Sequence record: PQ287644.1
Length of the DNA: 64,000 bases
Reading direction: 5' to 3' (one strand)
Shown: piece after piece, positions 1-9,041 of the stretch
Position numbering within the stretch: position 1 is the stretch's first letter
How the letters are laid out: every line of letters begins with the position of its first letter
Notes under the pieces: model-generated
The model's database searches: none
What the model was told of the DNA's origin: nothing
Seen by the model: only the letters and a program-made list of their open reading frames with translations
Program-made: the position numbers and the translations under genes

Positions 1-3000
1 ATGACAGACGAACAAGACACATCCCTTTCCTATGCTAAATGGTTGGTTAAGTACCTGAGATGCAACAACCTACCCAAAGAACTGATTGATGATAAACGCC
101 TCCGTATTGATTGGGAGGCTCGAACAGACGATGAAACCCTTTTAGCTCACTTCAATGAAGACAGCTTAAGTGGTATTAAGACTGTTCGTTTTCTCAAGGA
201 CTTTTTCAACTACCAAGCGGGTTATGATCGGGAGACCCGGAATACCAGTTTCCTCAGAACCACCGAAGTGTTCAGGCAACAGGGGATCAATAACTTTTAC
301 TTTATCCTCCAATTGAACAATCCCCTGTTGAAAGGGGTGGATCCCTTTGATCCTAACCTCACTCCTGAGCAACAGGTGTGGGTCCTGGAGGAGTGTCGGA
401 GTAACTTTTGGTACTTCCTACGGGAAGTCTGCCGGTTAAAGCCGAATCAGCCCTTCTTAGCGAACCGGGGGAATATCAGTTTTATTTGGTCGTATTTGAA
501 TCACATTACCACCTACATGATCATGCCGCGGCAACAGGGTAAGCAGCAGCGGAACAGTGCTAAGGTTCGTATTGTACCTAAAGATACCCTGAAGACCATT
601 ACCCCTCAGGATACCTGGAAACGGATTGAACACCTACGGGTGGGGGATCGAGTCCTGGACCGTTCCGGGAAGCCGTGTCAGGTGATTGGTATTCATCCCC
701 AGGGTAAACGCCGGTTGTATCGTGTCATTACCAGTGATGGACGAGCTACAGACGTAGGGACTGAACATCTGTGGACCTTGAAGGATTATTCCAACTGCCT
801 CAATGGACGTGCACTCTGGAATGACTATTCGACCGTTGATGTCATTAACCTGTTGAAGAAGAAGGTGAAGCTTCAATTGCCGTTACCGGCTCCGGTACCC
901 GGGAGTGAACAGGACCTTCCTGTTGACCCGTACGTTCTCGGGTTGATCTATTGCGGACAAGATCAAGACGGTAAGGTTATTATCCCCACGCGTACGGATG
1001 CGGTTAAACAGTACGTAGTTGATCATCTCCCTCGGGGGGTAACAGTTATTCAGGGAGTGGCTAACAGTTGCTTAGAACGGACTGATAACCAACCTTATTT
1101 ATTCAACAGGGAACACGGTTTACCGGATCAATACCTAGAAGCCCCTTTAAACGCCCGGAGAGACCTCTTACAGGCGTTTTTAGACGTTAGGGGTAAGGTT
1201 GGTAGGGGTAAGGTCTTTATAGCCTTAAATCGCGTCCTAGGAGGTCAACTGGCGTATTTAGCCCGTAGTCTAGGTGGAACCGGTAAAGTCACCAAGAACG
1301 GAGTAGAGATTACCCTACCGGAAGAGGTACCTCCGTTCAAGTTCAGGGAAGAGAGTGTCGTCTTTGATAATCGGTTGCTGATCGACCGAGTGACCTTCGT
1401 AGGGGATGACGACTGTACCTGTATTGAAGTCGATAACAGTGAACAGTTGTATTTGACCGATGACTTCATTGTGACCCACAACACGGTATCGGTTCAGGTG
1501 ATTGACTTCTGGTTAACGTACATCATGGGCCGGGGGTATACGAGCCACTTGATTACCTTGAAGTCGGATAACCGAGCTCAGTTCATTGCGGCTATTAAAC
1601 AGATTCGGAGTTCAATTCCCTCGTATTTGATTAACTCGACCTACAAGGACAAGGATGCTGGTACCAGTCTGACCTACAAGGCCTTTGGGGAAGATAACGT
1701 TAATACGCTGTACATTAACGTCCCTCAGATCAGTCAGGATGCAGCAGGGGATCTCGGTCGGGGGTTACGGGTAGGGACTACCAACTACGATGAGTCCGGG
1801 TATATTCGGTTCATCGACACCATCATTGACGGGTGTTCCCCGTCCTCGCTAACGGAAATGGCGTTGTGTAGAGAGCAGGGGTTGCCGTATGGGATTACGC
1901 ACATTACGACCCCCAATACCACGCTCCATCCCAGCGGGGAGTTTATGTTCAATAAACTCATGAGTGCAACGGAGTGGCGGGAGAAGTTCTTTGATTGCTT
2001 CAGTGAGAGTCACTTGAGGCAGATGTTACTCAGGGCTTCCCCTACGAAGACAACCTCTCCGTCAGTCTCCATGGTGTACAATTACCTTCAACTGGGTAAG
2101 GACAAAGCCTGGGTGCGGGAAACCATTGACCTGCTAGGATTGAGTTTGGCGAAAGCCAAGATCGACTTATTGCTCATGTGGGTGGAAGATGGGGAGAATC
2201 GGTTGTTTGACGATGTGACCCGGGAATCCATTAACAACATGAAGCGGGACGTGGTGTGGAGTAAGGAGTATCGGGACTGTAACCTGTACGTGGACTTCTT
2301 TGTGACCCAACAGGAATTGTTGGAGATGGCAAAGAAGGAGTACAATGACCATTTCCTGATTGGTGTGGATACGTCCTCAGCCATTAACAAGGATGCCTGC
2401 ACCATTGTGATTCGCAGTATGAAGACGGGTAAGGTCATTGGGGTGGGACGATATCCCTTAACCTTCTTGGATGATGTCACAGCCATTGTTGTGGATTTGC
2501 TGGACGTGATTCAGAACAGCACCTTGATCATAGAGCGTAACTACGCACATCACATGATCGACAGTCTGTTGATTATGCTGCCGGCTAAGGGTATGGATCC
2601 CTTTAAACGGGTCTTTAACCAAATCTACCAAGACACCGTCAATAACGCTAAGGAGTTTGAGGAAGTCCAGAACACCAAATTTGCTTACCGGAATAAAGCG
2701 TTCTACCTGAAGTATAAACAATACTTCGGGTTCGTAACGACCAAGACCAGTCGGGAAGTCCTGTACGGCCTCATCCAAGAGGCGGTCGGGAATACCGGGT
2801 ACGGCCTCTGTTATGCGAAGCTCGCGGACGAATTGATCAACCTGAAACTCAAGGGGGATCGAATCGACCACGATGCGAAGCAGCACGATGACTTGGTCAT
2901 TGCGTGGCTACTGAGTTACTGGTTCATTAAGCTCGGGGAGAACAAGTCTTTGTACGGGATTCCTCCAGGGATTGCCTTAACGGACACCCGTAACTTACTG

Positions 3001-3267
3001 AACTCTGTTCAGAACCAAGGACGAACCGAGTATGAGCCGTACGTGGTTCAACTCATCGATAAAGTCCGGAGTAAGGTTCACAGCCTAACTGAAGAACTGA
3101 TGAGCACCCAGGACAATATCTTAGCACTTCGTCTAGAGGTGGAGATTCGGAAGTTAGCCAAGATGTTGCCTCCGGAACAGAATCGCATGATGACCATTGA
3201 CGTGCTGTTGGAGAACGCTAAAGTGGAACGCAACAAACGCCTACTGCAACAACGCAGAACAGCATAA
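1..3267 (+). CDS. terL: Terminase large subunit, interrupted by an intein
   Basis: Walker A PRQQGK|T is split by the intein. Walker B TTNYDE and nuclease-domain motif IGVDTS are present, and the later DHDAKQHDD segment fits terminase nucleases. Confidence 0.95.
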   Translation: MTDEQDTSLSYAKWLVKYLRCNNLPKELIDDKRLRIDWEARTDDETLLAHFNEDSLSGIKTVRFLKDFFNYQAGYDRETRNTSFLRTTEVFRQQGINNFYFILQLNNPLLKGVDPFDPNLTPEQQVWVLEECRSNFWYFLREVCRLKPNQPFLANRGNISFIWSYLNHITTYMIMPRQQGKQQRNSAKVRIVPKDTLKTITPQDTWKRIEHLRVGDRVLDRSGKPCQVIGIHPQGKRRLYRVITSDGRATDVGTEHLWTLKDYSNCLNGRALWNDYSTVDVINLLKKKVKLQLPLPAPVPGSEQDLPVDPYVLGLIYCGQDQDGKVIIPTRTDAVKQYVVDHLPRGVTVIQGVANSCLERTDNQPYLFNREHGLPDQYLEAPLNARRDLLQAFLDVRGKVGRGKVFIALNRVLGGQLAYLARSLGGTGKVTKNGVEITLPEEVPPFKFREESVVFDNRLLIDRVTFVGDDDCTCIEVDNSEQLYLTDDFIVTHNTVSVQVIDFWLTYIMGRGYTSHLITLKSDNRAQFIAAIKQIRSSIPSYLINSTYKDKDAGTSLTYKAFGEDNVNTLYINVPQISQDAAGDLGRGLRVGTTNYDESGYIRFIDTIIDGCSPSSLTEMALCREQGLPYGITHITTPNTTLHPSGEFMFNKLMSATEWREKFFDCFSESHLRQMLLRASPTKTTSPSVSMVYNYLQLGKDKAWVRETIDLLGLSLAKAKIDLLLMWVEDGENRLFDDVTRESINNMKRDVVWSKEYRDCNLYVDFFVTQQELLEMAKKEYNDHFLIGVDTSSAINKDACTIVIRSMKTGKVIGVGRYPLTFLDDVTAIVVDLLDVIQNSTLIIERNYAHHMIDSLLIMLPAKGMDPFKRVFNQIYQDTVNNAKEFEEVQNTKFAYRNKAFYLKYKQYFGFVTTKTSREVLYGLIQEAVGNTGYGLCYAKLADELINLKLKGDRIDHDAKQHDDLVIAWLLSYWFIKLGENKSLYGIPPGIALTDTRNLLNSVQNQGRTEYEPYVVQLIDKVRSKVHSLTEELMSTQDNILALRLEVEIRKLAKMLPPEQNRMMTIDVLLENAKVERNKRLLQQRRTA
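544..1482 (+). mobile_element. Class-3 intein (313 aa) in terL with degenerate LAGLIDADG domain
   Basis: Starts with Gln after QQGK and ends ...FIVTHN before Thr. WCT triad: TEHLW, CTCIEV, VTHN. Decayed endonuclease blocks YVLGLIYCG and LLQAFLDVRG. Confidence 0.93.
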
Positions 3268-3275
3268 GACCTGAC

Positions 3276-3306
3276 CCTCCTGGAGCCCCACAAGGGCTCC
3301 AGGAGG
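3276..3306. terminator. Hairpin between convergent genes, likely bidirectional terminator
   Basis: cctcctggagccc-cacaa-gggctccaggagg, a perfect 13-bp stem. Confidence 0.75.
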
Positions 3307-3360
3307 TATCGGGTTATTTCTGCTTCAGAAAGGGCGGTATAACCCACTTAGTTACAAGGG

Positions 3361-3657
3361 TTACGCTACAGCAAGCAGTGCATGTTCCAGTTCTTGCAGA
3401 GTGTGGCCTTTAGCCGGCTTGCCGTTGGCCAATAGGGTGAAGGCTTCAGAGGCGGTGGTATGATCCAGATACCAACGGTAGTTCGGCGAGTTTTCGTCGA
3501 ACATCGGCGAGCGGGAGGGTTCACCTGGTGGTGTAGGGATCCAAGGGAAGATCATGAACACCCGGATTGACGCTGAACCACTTTCCACCATCACACTAAC
3601 CATGGTGTGCGTATGGCACGAACAGAGAAGCTTTTGGGTCAAGGGGAGTGCGTGCAT
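3361..3657 (-). CDS. Small hypothetical protein (98 aa, start re-assigned to MHALPL)
   Basis: AGGAG lies 8 nt upstream of the ATG at 3657. This start removes the overlap with the upstream gene. Confidence 0.55.
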   Translation of the reverse strand: MHALPLTQKLLCSCHTHTMVSVMVESGSASIRVFMIFPWIPTPPGEPSRSPMFDENSPNYRWYLDHTTASEAFTLLANGKPAKGHTLQELEHALLAVA

Positions 3658-3704
3658 AGTGTCTGCTCCTACGCAGTCTGCATGAATAAATTCCTTGTAA
3701 CTGG

Positions 3705-5066
3705 TTATTCGAAATAATCCTTGGACAGTACGCGCAGTACAATGAACAAGCACAACGCCGTACGAGTGGTTAATACCCACTGAGGGGTTTTACGTCCGGT
3801 AATGGCAATCACAATCTGATCACCTAATTCCCGAATCGTCTTAACCATGTCATTCCGACTCCGACTCGCCCCGTAAGCACCGCGCATCTTGATCAACACG
3901 TTGTAGACTTTACTGCGTTTGATGTTGTTGGCGTGCAGGTAATCAAACAGGTGCAATACGACTGTTTCAGCAAACTGTTTGTACTCAGGGGTTTTGGGGT
4001 TGTTGTACCGCTTAGGGAACTCTTGCAGGGTATACGCCAGCATGTTCATTCGAACATCCTCCAGTACACTGGCTGCATAGTTCATTAACTCTTCCTTGTA
4101 GAACGAGGTTTCCTCTGTCAGGATACGGTCCAGGTACTGAACGTGTTGATTCACGTCTTTCGCTACCGACTTAATGGTCAGTTCATCCCCGAGGTTAACC
4201 TTAGAGTTCTCCAGTTTAACGATGTTGGTCTTGTTCTTGACATCGTGGAAGACTTTGTTAATGTCGTTAATCGCCCTTCTAAGCCTGTTCTGAATATCTC
4301 CTACCATGTAAACGATTTTCTTATCATCGTTCATCTGGGTAAAGGTGTCGTAGTGAATGCCGGTTTTAGGGTTCAGGATAAACTCAGCCCGAGCCTCAAT
4401 CAACGCCCTCCAGCTTCCATACCGTTTAATGTCATACTTCAAGCTCAACCGGTTATAGGTCTCCAGGACAACCTCTTTACGGGCGGTAAAGGGATAGTCG
4501 TTGTGAATGATCGAAGTGAGGCATTTGTAGTGGTACATGCACACCACGTCTTTCATGGCTTGATGTTTGACTTTCTCCGGTAATTTCGAATGATGGATCC
4601 GGTACAGCAAGTAAGGAATGGTCATATTGAACGCATCCCCTACGACCGCCCACTCTTTCTTAATGGCTGCCGCGTTGTGGAGGTTCTCTTTGAGTTCCTC
4701 TTCATCCAGGTCAATGATGTCATTGAACCATTGGTTACGGTCTGCGGTGGTAAAGGTGATCTTCTGCAACCCTAGGTACGGGCTCCCAAAGAACTCCATA
4801 TGGTCCACCACGCCCATACGGCGGGTAATGAACGCATACACGTACTTCTGAAGATCACTCGCCCACCGAGGGGTAATCTCCAAGTACGTTGCCAGTCGAG
4901 TAAAGATCTCCAGGATGGCATGGTTACTCTGGAATTCCACCCCTGACAGTAAGGCTTCATTCCCTTCTACGCCTAAGAGGTCACTATCGGGAGTCTTTGC
5001 CTCTTCAAAGAGACTAAAGATATCCTGGTCCCCTACGAGGTCTTCCGTTCCGTCTAATACTAACAT
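3705..5066 (-). CDS. Conserved jumbo-phage protein, probably virion structural
   Basis: Long ORF; start MLVLDG at 5066 with GAGG RBS; position next to terL as in phiKZ-like phages. Confidence 0.7.
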   Translation of the reverse strand: MLVLDGTEDLVGDQDIFSLFEEAKTPDSDLLGVEGNEALLSGVEFQSNHAILEIFTRLATYLEITPRWASDLQKYVYAFITRRMGVVDHMEFFGSPYLGLQKITFTTADRNQWFNDIIDLDEEELKENLHNAAAIKKEWAVVGDAFNMTIPYLLYRIHHSKLPEKVKHQAMKDVVCMYHYKCLTSIIHNDYPFTARKEVVLETYNRLSLKYDIKRYGSWRALIEARAEFILNPKTGIHYDTFTQMNDDKKIVYMVGDIQNRLRRAINDINKVFHDVKNKTNIVKLENSKVNLGDELTIKSVAKDVNQHVQYLDRILTEETSFYKEELMNYAASVLEDVRMNMLAYTLQEFPKRYNNPKTPEYKQFAETVVLHLFDYLHANNIKRSKVYNVLIKMRGAYGASRSRNDMVKTIRELGDQIVIAITGRKTPQWVLTTRTALCLFIVLRVLSKDYFE

Positions 5067-5082
5067 TGAAAACCCCTCTTGG

Positions 5083-5931
5083 TTAATTCCGACGTGGTGT
5101 TGCCATCCGTATTGCTTCAATACGGGCTTGTTTATCCGACCACGTCATGCAGTTGATCCATGTGTTCTTGAAATACTCTTTGTATTGGGTCCACGCGTCA
5201 CTGTAGGCCTGTATATCGTCCCGTATGGCGTCTAGGGGAACGCCTGAGCGATAAACCGCCTCTTGGGTAGGTCGCCTACAGGTTTTGTAAATATACGCCT
5301 TAACGGCCAATTCAACGAGCTCTGCGAACTGCCGGTAATGACGAGGGTGAATACTGCTCATCCCTTCATCGTATTCCAAGATTACTTTAGCACTCATGGA
5401 ATACGTTCCCGCATTCAACCCAAAGATCACAAAGCAGTTATTACCGGTCATATGGACATTGGTGAACGTGACTGGCATACTGCGGTTAGAACTCAATCCC
5501 CCCAGTAAGCCATCCATCATGTCATTCAGTACTCCGGACCCACACATCGTGTTCTCATTCACCCCGGCTCCTAACTGACCAACTGCGGAACTCATACTCC
5601 CCAAATAGACTTCTGTCACACTAATGATCTTAGCACCCCGAGTCGTCGCTTCCGGTACGTTCACCTCTACACACCCATTCCCCCGATCACGGATCATGGA
5701 TCCTCCCAGATCCAACAACTCCGTCTTCCCACCCGCTACGTTACATTCCGGTAGAACAATACGGTGAATCACCTTCTCCCGTATACCCTGTTCCACAGTT
5801 GTCTGGTTAACCAGGTTATACCAATTCCCCGCATAGTTCGCATTGGGGGTTTCAAACGCTAGCTTTAACAAGTACTCGTCAATATCACTACCGCTTACTA
5901 CACGATTGATCGCATGGTCTACTGGATTCAT
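5083..5931 (-). CDS. Conserved jumbo-phage protein, probably virion structural
   Basis: 282-aa ORF with ATG start and GAGG RBS; co-oriented with the neighbouring minus-strand genes. Confidence 0.7.
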   Translation of the reverse strand: MNPVDHAINRVVSGSDIDEYLLKLAFETPNANYAGNWYNLVNQTTVEQGIREKVIHRIVLPECNVAGGKTELLDLGGSMIRDRGNGCVEVNVPEATTRGAKIISVTEVYLGSMSSAVGQLGAGVNENTMCGSGVLNDMMDGLLGGLSSNRSMPVTFTNVHMTGNNCFVIFGLNAGTYSMSAKVILEYDEGMSSIHPRHYRQFAELVELAVKAYIYKTCRRPTQEAVYRSGVPLDAIRDDIQAYSDAWTQYKEYFKNTWINCMTWSDKQARIEAIRMATPRRN

Positions 5932-6490
5932 TTAAGGTAACCTCGTCTAACAAACCTTAACGGGATGTATAAACCCGTTAACTTAGGATTAGGGAATCAT
6001 AACATCTTCCAGTGATTCCTCATTCGGTTTCCATTATATGTTCCACTTACCCAATTCTCATTTTGGAGGAGGGGGTAAGATTCTTTAGGACTGAGCGACA
6101 TGAGCCTACGGCGAGTGGAGTGAAGGAGTAAAGAATCTTGGGGGAGGAGGCCCTACCGAAGGTAGAGTCCAGAGAAGAGAAAAGAGAAAATCCGAAGGAA
6201 AAACCTATTACTCCGTAATAGCTTTTGCTCTTTATATAAGCCCCGGAGGGGCTTATAAGGCAATAAAATTTAACTTTACTATTTATTATTATTATAGGAA
6301 ATTGCTTTTTTATTTAAAAAAGGAAAAATGAAGAGGAAATGAAAATGGGAAAATACCTTTTAAATATTCCCTAAATTTCATTTACTCTTAAAGAAGTACC
6401 CCTTTCAAAGTTAATTACCCCGACCGGCATTCCCGAACAGGGAAGCCGGCGTATAGGGTTTATAATGCAATACTGCAATAGGGTTAATGG
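5932..6490. other. AT-rich non-coding region with hairpins (candidate origin or divergent control region)
   Basis: Inverted repeats at 6077-6087/6129-6139, 6205-6221, 6235-6257 and 6424-6449; purine-rich tract 6165-6203; A/T-rich 6260-6400; no credible ORF. Confidence 0.45.
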
Positions 6491-6491
6491 A

Positions 6492-6509
6492 TTTCAGTTC
6501 TACATTATC
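6492..6509 (+). promoter_or_regulatory. Candidate phage early promoter (TTTyaaaCCtAyATTAtc motif)
   Basis: tttcagttctacattatc; divergent copy of a motif found 5 times in intergenic positions. Confidence 0.5.
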
Positions 6510-6580
6510 ATTGGGTAATGAAAGAATACGGTTATTCGTATTGATATGTTTTGTTAAACCCAGAAAAGGAAGAGTGTGTA

Positions 6581-7135
6581 ATGACAACGATTGCTTATCG
6601 TGACGGTATAATGGCAGCGGATACCCGGGTGGTCAACGGGGCCGATATGATCAACCTCGGAGAGCAACGTAAGATCCACGAACCGGGGGAAGGAGAGTAC
6701 TGGAGTGTCAATGGTGACCGTATTATCTGTTTTGGTTTGTCGGGGAGTCTGACGGATCTGTTGGCCTTTAAAGAACTGTTGAGTGAAGGGATTACCTTTA
6801 AGACCAAAGCACCTGACCACCTCGTTGGGGACTCGAATATGCTCTGTGTGGGTGAACAGGGTAATGTTTGGCTGGTTTCAGCATTTAAACAACGAGACGG
6901 GAGTATGGTGTTTACAGTGTCATGCGTACAACCCCCGTTTGCAATTGGATCGGGGGGTATTTACGCCAGTTCGGTGATGGCGGTGGGTAAAAGTGCGGTG
7001 GATGCAGTTAAAGTGGCGTGTAAGTTGGATATCTTTTCTGGCGGTCGTATTGATACCTGGGAACTCCCCCTATTCCAGAAACCCCCAGTAAGCGCCCTGA
7101 ACCGGCCGCCGATAAGACGGCAAAATAATCCCTAG
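6581..7135 (+). CDS. Proteasome beta/HslV-like N-terminal threonine (Ntn) hydrolase
   Basis: M-TTIAY start (Thr1 nucleophile), AADTR, RKIH, AIGSG and DIFSGG match beta-subunit catalytic motifs. RBS aaggaag precedes ATG 6581. Confidence 0.8.
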   Translation: MTTIAYRDGIMAADTRVVNGADMINLGEQRKIHEPGEGEYWSVNGDRIICFGLSGSLTDLLAFKELLSEGITFKTKAPDHLVGDSNMLCVGEQGNVWLVSAFKQRDGSMVFTVSCVQPPFAIGSGGIYASSVMAVGKSAVDAVKVACKLDIFSGGRIDTWELPLFQKPPVSALNRPPIRRQNNP

Positions 7136-7535
7136 GGGGTAAGACCCTCAGAATGTAGGCGATGGAAACTAGAGTGTGTAGGTATTTTATGCCGATGACC
7201 TGCATTCACTCCATCGCCGGTCCTGGTGGGAAGGTTAGGAGTGTTAGACACCCACCACCCCTCAACTGCCCAAGCCTATTCTGTCAGGCTTGAGAGGGTT
7301 GCCTACAAAACGCTCCGCCCCTCCAGCTCTATGTCACTATGATGTAGGGCTGGAGGTTTTACTTCTTTTGTTTTTTATTTACCCAGGAGGGGATATCTTA
7401 TACCGTTAAAGTGACCTGTTTCCACGCCATGGTTCTCTGGGTCACTGTAACGGTACAACGTTATTGATCCTCTTGGATGCGCTAACGGGTGGTGTTATGG
7501 TTATATCGGCGGTTGCCCACCCGTTAGTCTTTTTT
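7132..7535 (+). ncRNA. Candidate structured non-coding RNA(s) or regulatory leader
   Basis: Series of stems: 7158-7166/7210-7218, 7225-7230/7251-7256, 7263-7301, 7321-7355 plus U-tract, 7401-7416/7440-7455, about 7481-7528 plus U-tract; no convincing ORF. Confidence 0.4.
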
Positions 7536-7551
7536 TGATTACGCTAGATAA

Positions 7552-7569
7552 TTTGAAACCTAAATTATT
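7552..7569 (+). promoter_or_regulatory. Candidate phage early promoter upstream of phuZ
   Basis: tttgaaacctaaattatt. Confidence 0.65.
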
Positions 7570-7632
7570 AGCAGGCTATTGGAGAATAGTCTTTTTAATG
7601 ACTTCCCTGTAAACCAAAGAGAGCGATTCGAT

Positions 7633-8595
7633 ATGTCTCAGATTCAATACTACCTCATGGGCGGCGCAGGTATCAACATTGGCGCGGGTTTGAAAGAACA
7701 TTCCCGCACGCGCGTGAACAGTGATGCGGGGATGGTAGGTTTCGATACCAGTGATAAGAACTTCACTGCGGCGTTCCCCATTGAGCAACTCGAAGGGGTG
7801 AACGGGAGTGGTAAGGATTCCACCAAGCACTACGACAAACTCCTCCCCTTCGTAGCGGCTAACCTGAAGAAACACCGTCCCGGTGTTCACAACATCATCG
7901 TAGCCAGTACCGCTGGTGGTACTGGACGTGTTATGGCGATGATTGCGTTGCGCCTGCTGGTCGAGTCGGGTAAGAACGTCATTCTCTGTCTGATCTCGGA
8001 ACACACCTCCCTGGTGGATAAAGAGAACGCGGTTAACGCCCTCCGTTCCTTTGCCAACCAGTGCCAACCCAATCAACTGAACCGTCCGGTGTGCTACATG
8101 GAGTTCCTCAATACGCCGAACCTGACCCGTAAGGAAGTCAACCTTCAGGCGATTGATTCACTGAATCTCCTGAGTCTCCTCTTTGATCCCGGTAATACGG
8201 AAATCGATGAGGAAGACATTAAACGCTTCTTCAATTACTCGGCGGGGGGTAAAACCAGGCCGGCGTTGAGTCGTATTCATTTCTACGACCAGGATGGTGC
8301 AGCGGACTATACCGGTAAGGTACCGGTCTCGGTCGCCAGCCTGTACCCGAACAACGATGACGTGGTTCCTCGGTTTATGGGATCGGTTTACCGGACGACG
8401 GGTATCTTCTCCCCCAACAGTGATCGTCCGGAGGACATCAAAGAGCTGCACGTGACCCTCGATCACGGTGAAGCCCTGGAAGAACTGGAGAAAGAGATCG
8501 AAGGGCTGGAAACGGTTCAAGCTCAAGCTGCCGTTGACTTCTCTCAGCAGAAGGACATTTCGGAAGGATCGAACGATCTGGGCTTCATGCTGTAA
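7633..8595 (+). CDS. phuZ: PhuZ phage tubulin
   Basis: GGAGINIG, GSGKD and STAGGTG tubulin/FtsZ motifs; acidic-hydrophobic C-terminal tail; likely start MSQIQ at 7633. Confidence 0.93.
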   Translation: MSQIQYYLMGGAGINIGAGLKEHSRTRVNSDAGMVGFDTSDKNFTAAFPIEQLEGVNGSGKDSTKHYDKLLPFVAANLKKHRPGVHNIIVASTAGGTGRVMAMIALRLLVESGKNVILCLISEHTSLVDKENAVNALRSFANQCQPNQLNRPVCYMEFLNTPNLTRKEVNLQAIDSLNLLSLLFDPGNTEIDEEDIKRFFNYSAGGKTRPALSRIHFYDQDGAADYTGKVPVSVASLYPNNDDVVPRFMGSVYRTTGIFSPNSDRPEDIKELHVTLDHGEALEELEKEIEGLETVQAQAAVDFSQQKDISEGSNDLGFML

Positions 8596-8610
8596 GACAG
8601 ACAGTGAATC

Positions 8611-8652
8611 GCTAAGGTAGGGAGCTCACGCTCCCTACCTTAGCCTTTATTA
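8611..8652 (+). terminator. Rho-independent terminator after phuZ
   Basis: gctaaggtagggagc-tcac-gctccctaccttagc followed by ctttatta. Confidence 0.85.
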
Positions 8653-8733
8653 CGCTTTGGGGTATTTTTTATAATGGGTTTTTACTGAAATGGGCATTAT
8701 TATACAGGCTTAATTAAATATAGGGGCTAGAAG

Positions 8734-9027
8734 GTGGCTATAAGCTTCTCTGTTGATTTATCAAGGGGTTACCTATACCGACCTACCGGTCCAGGTAAAA
8801 ACGTCGTGTTAAGGAAAATAGACCGGTTTGACGTGGTGCACTGTTTACAGGCGTTAGGGTACCACAACCTTAACGAACGCAGTCTGAATCGTCGAGCCGC
8901 GGTCTTTATTCCGTCTCTGGAGGAGGACATCACGAAATTCACGATCGGTGTACCGAGTGATGCACAGGTTCGTATTCGTGGGATTGGGAAGTGCTCCCAA
9001 CGGTTATTGATTACATTTGTTTATTAA
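8734..9027 (+). CDS. Hypothetical protein
   Basis: 97-aa ORF with GTG start, first gene of a small-gene run. Confidence 0.55.
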   Translation: MAISFSVDLSRGYLYRPTGPGKNVVLRKIDRFDVVHCLQALGYHNLNERSLNRRAAVFIPSLEEDITKFTIGVPSDAQVRIRGIGKCSQRLLITFVY

Positions 9028-9041
9028 GGAGACGTCGTCCC

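Noticed and set aside
1-3. Window begins exactly at the terL start codon
   Set aside because: Most likely an assembly re-orientation convention, not a physical genome end.
7008-7205. 65-aa minus-strand ORF overlapping the protease end and the structured region
   Set aside because: Antisense overlap, no RBS and no protein-like features.
5932-7560. Possible CRISPR array, tRNA or iteron repeats in the non-coding regions
   Set aside because: No regularly spaced direct repeats and no cloverleaf with T-loop/anticodon consensus were seen; only inverted repeats.
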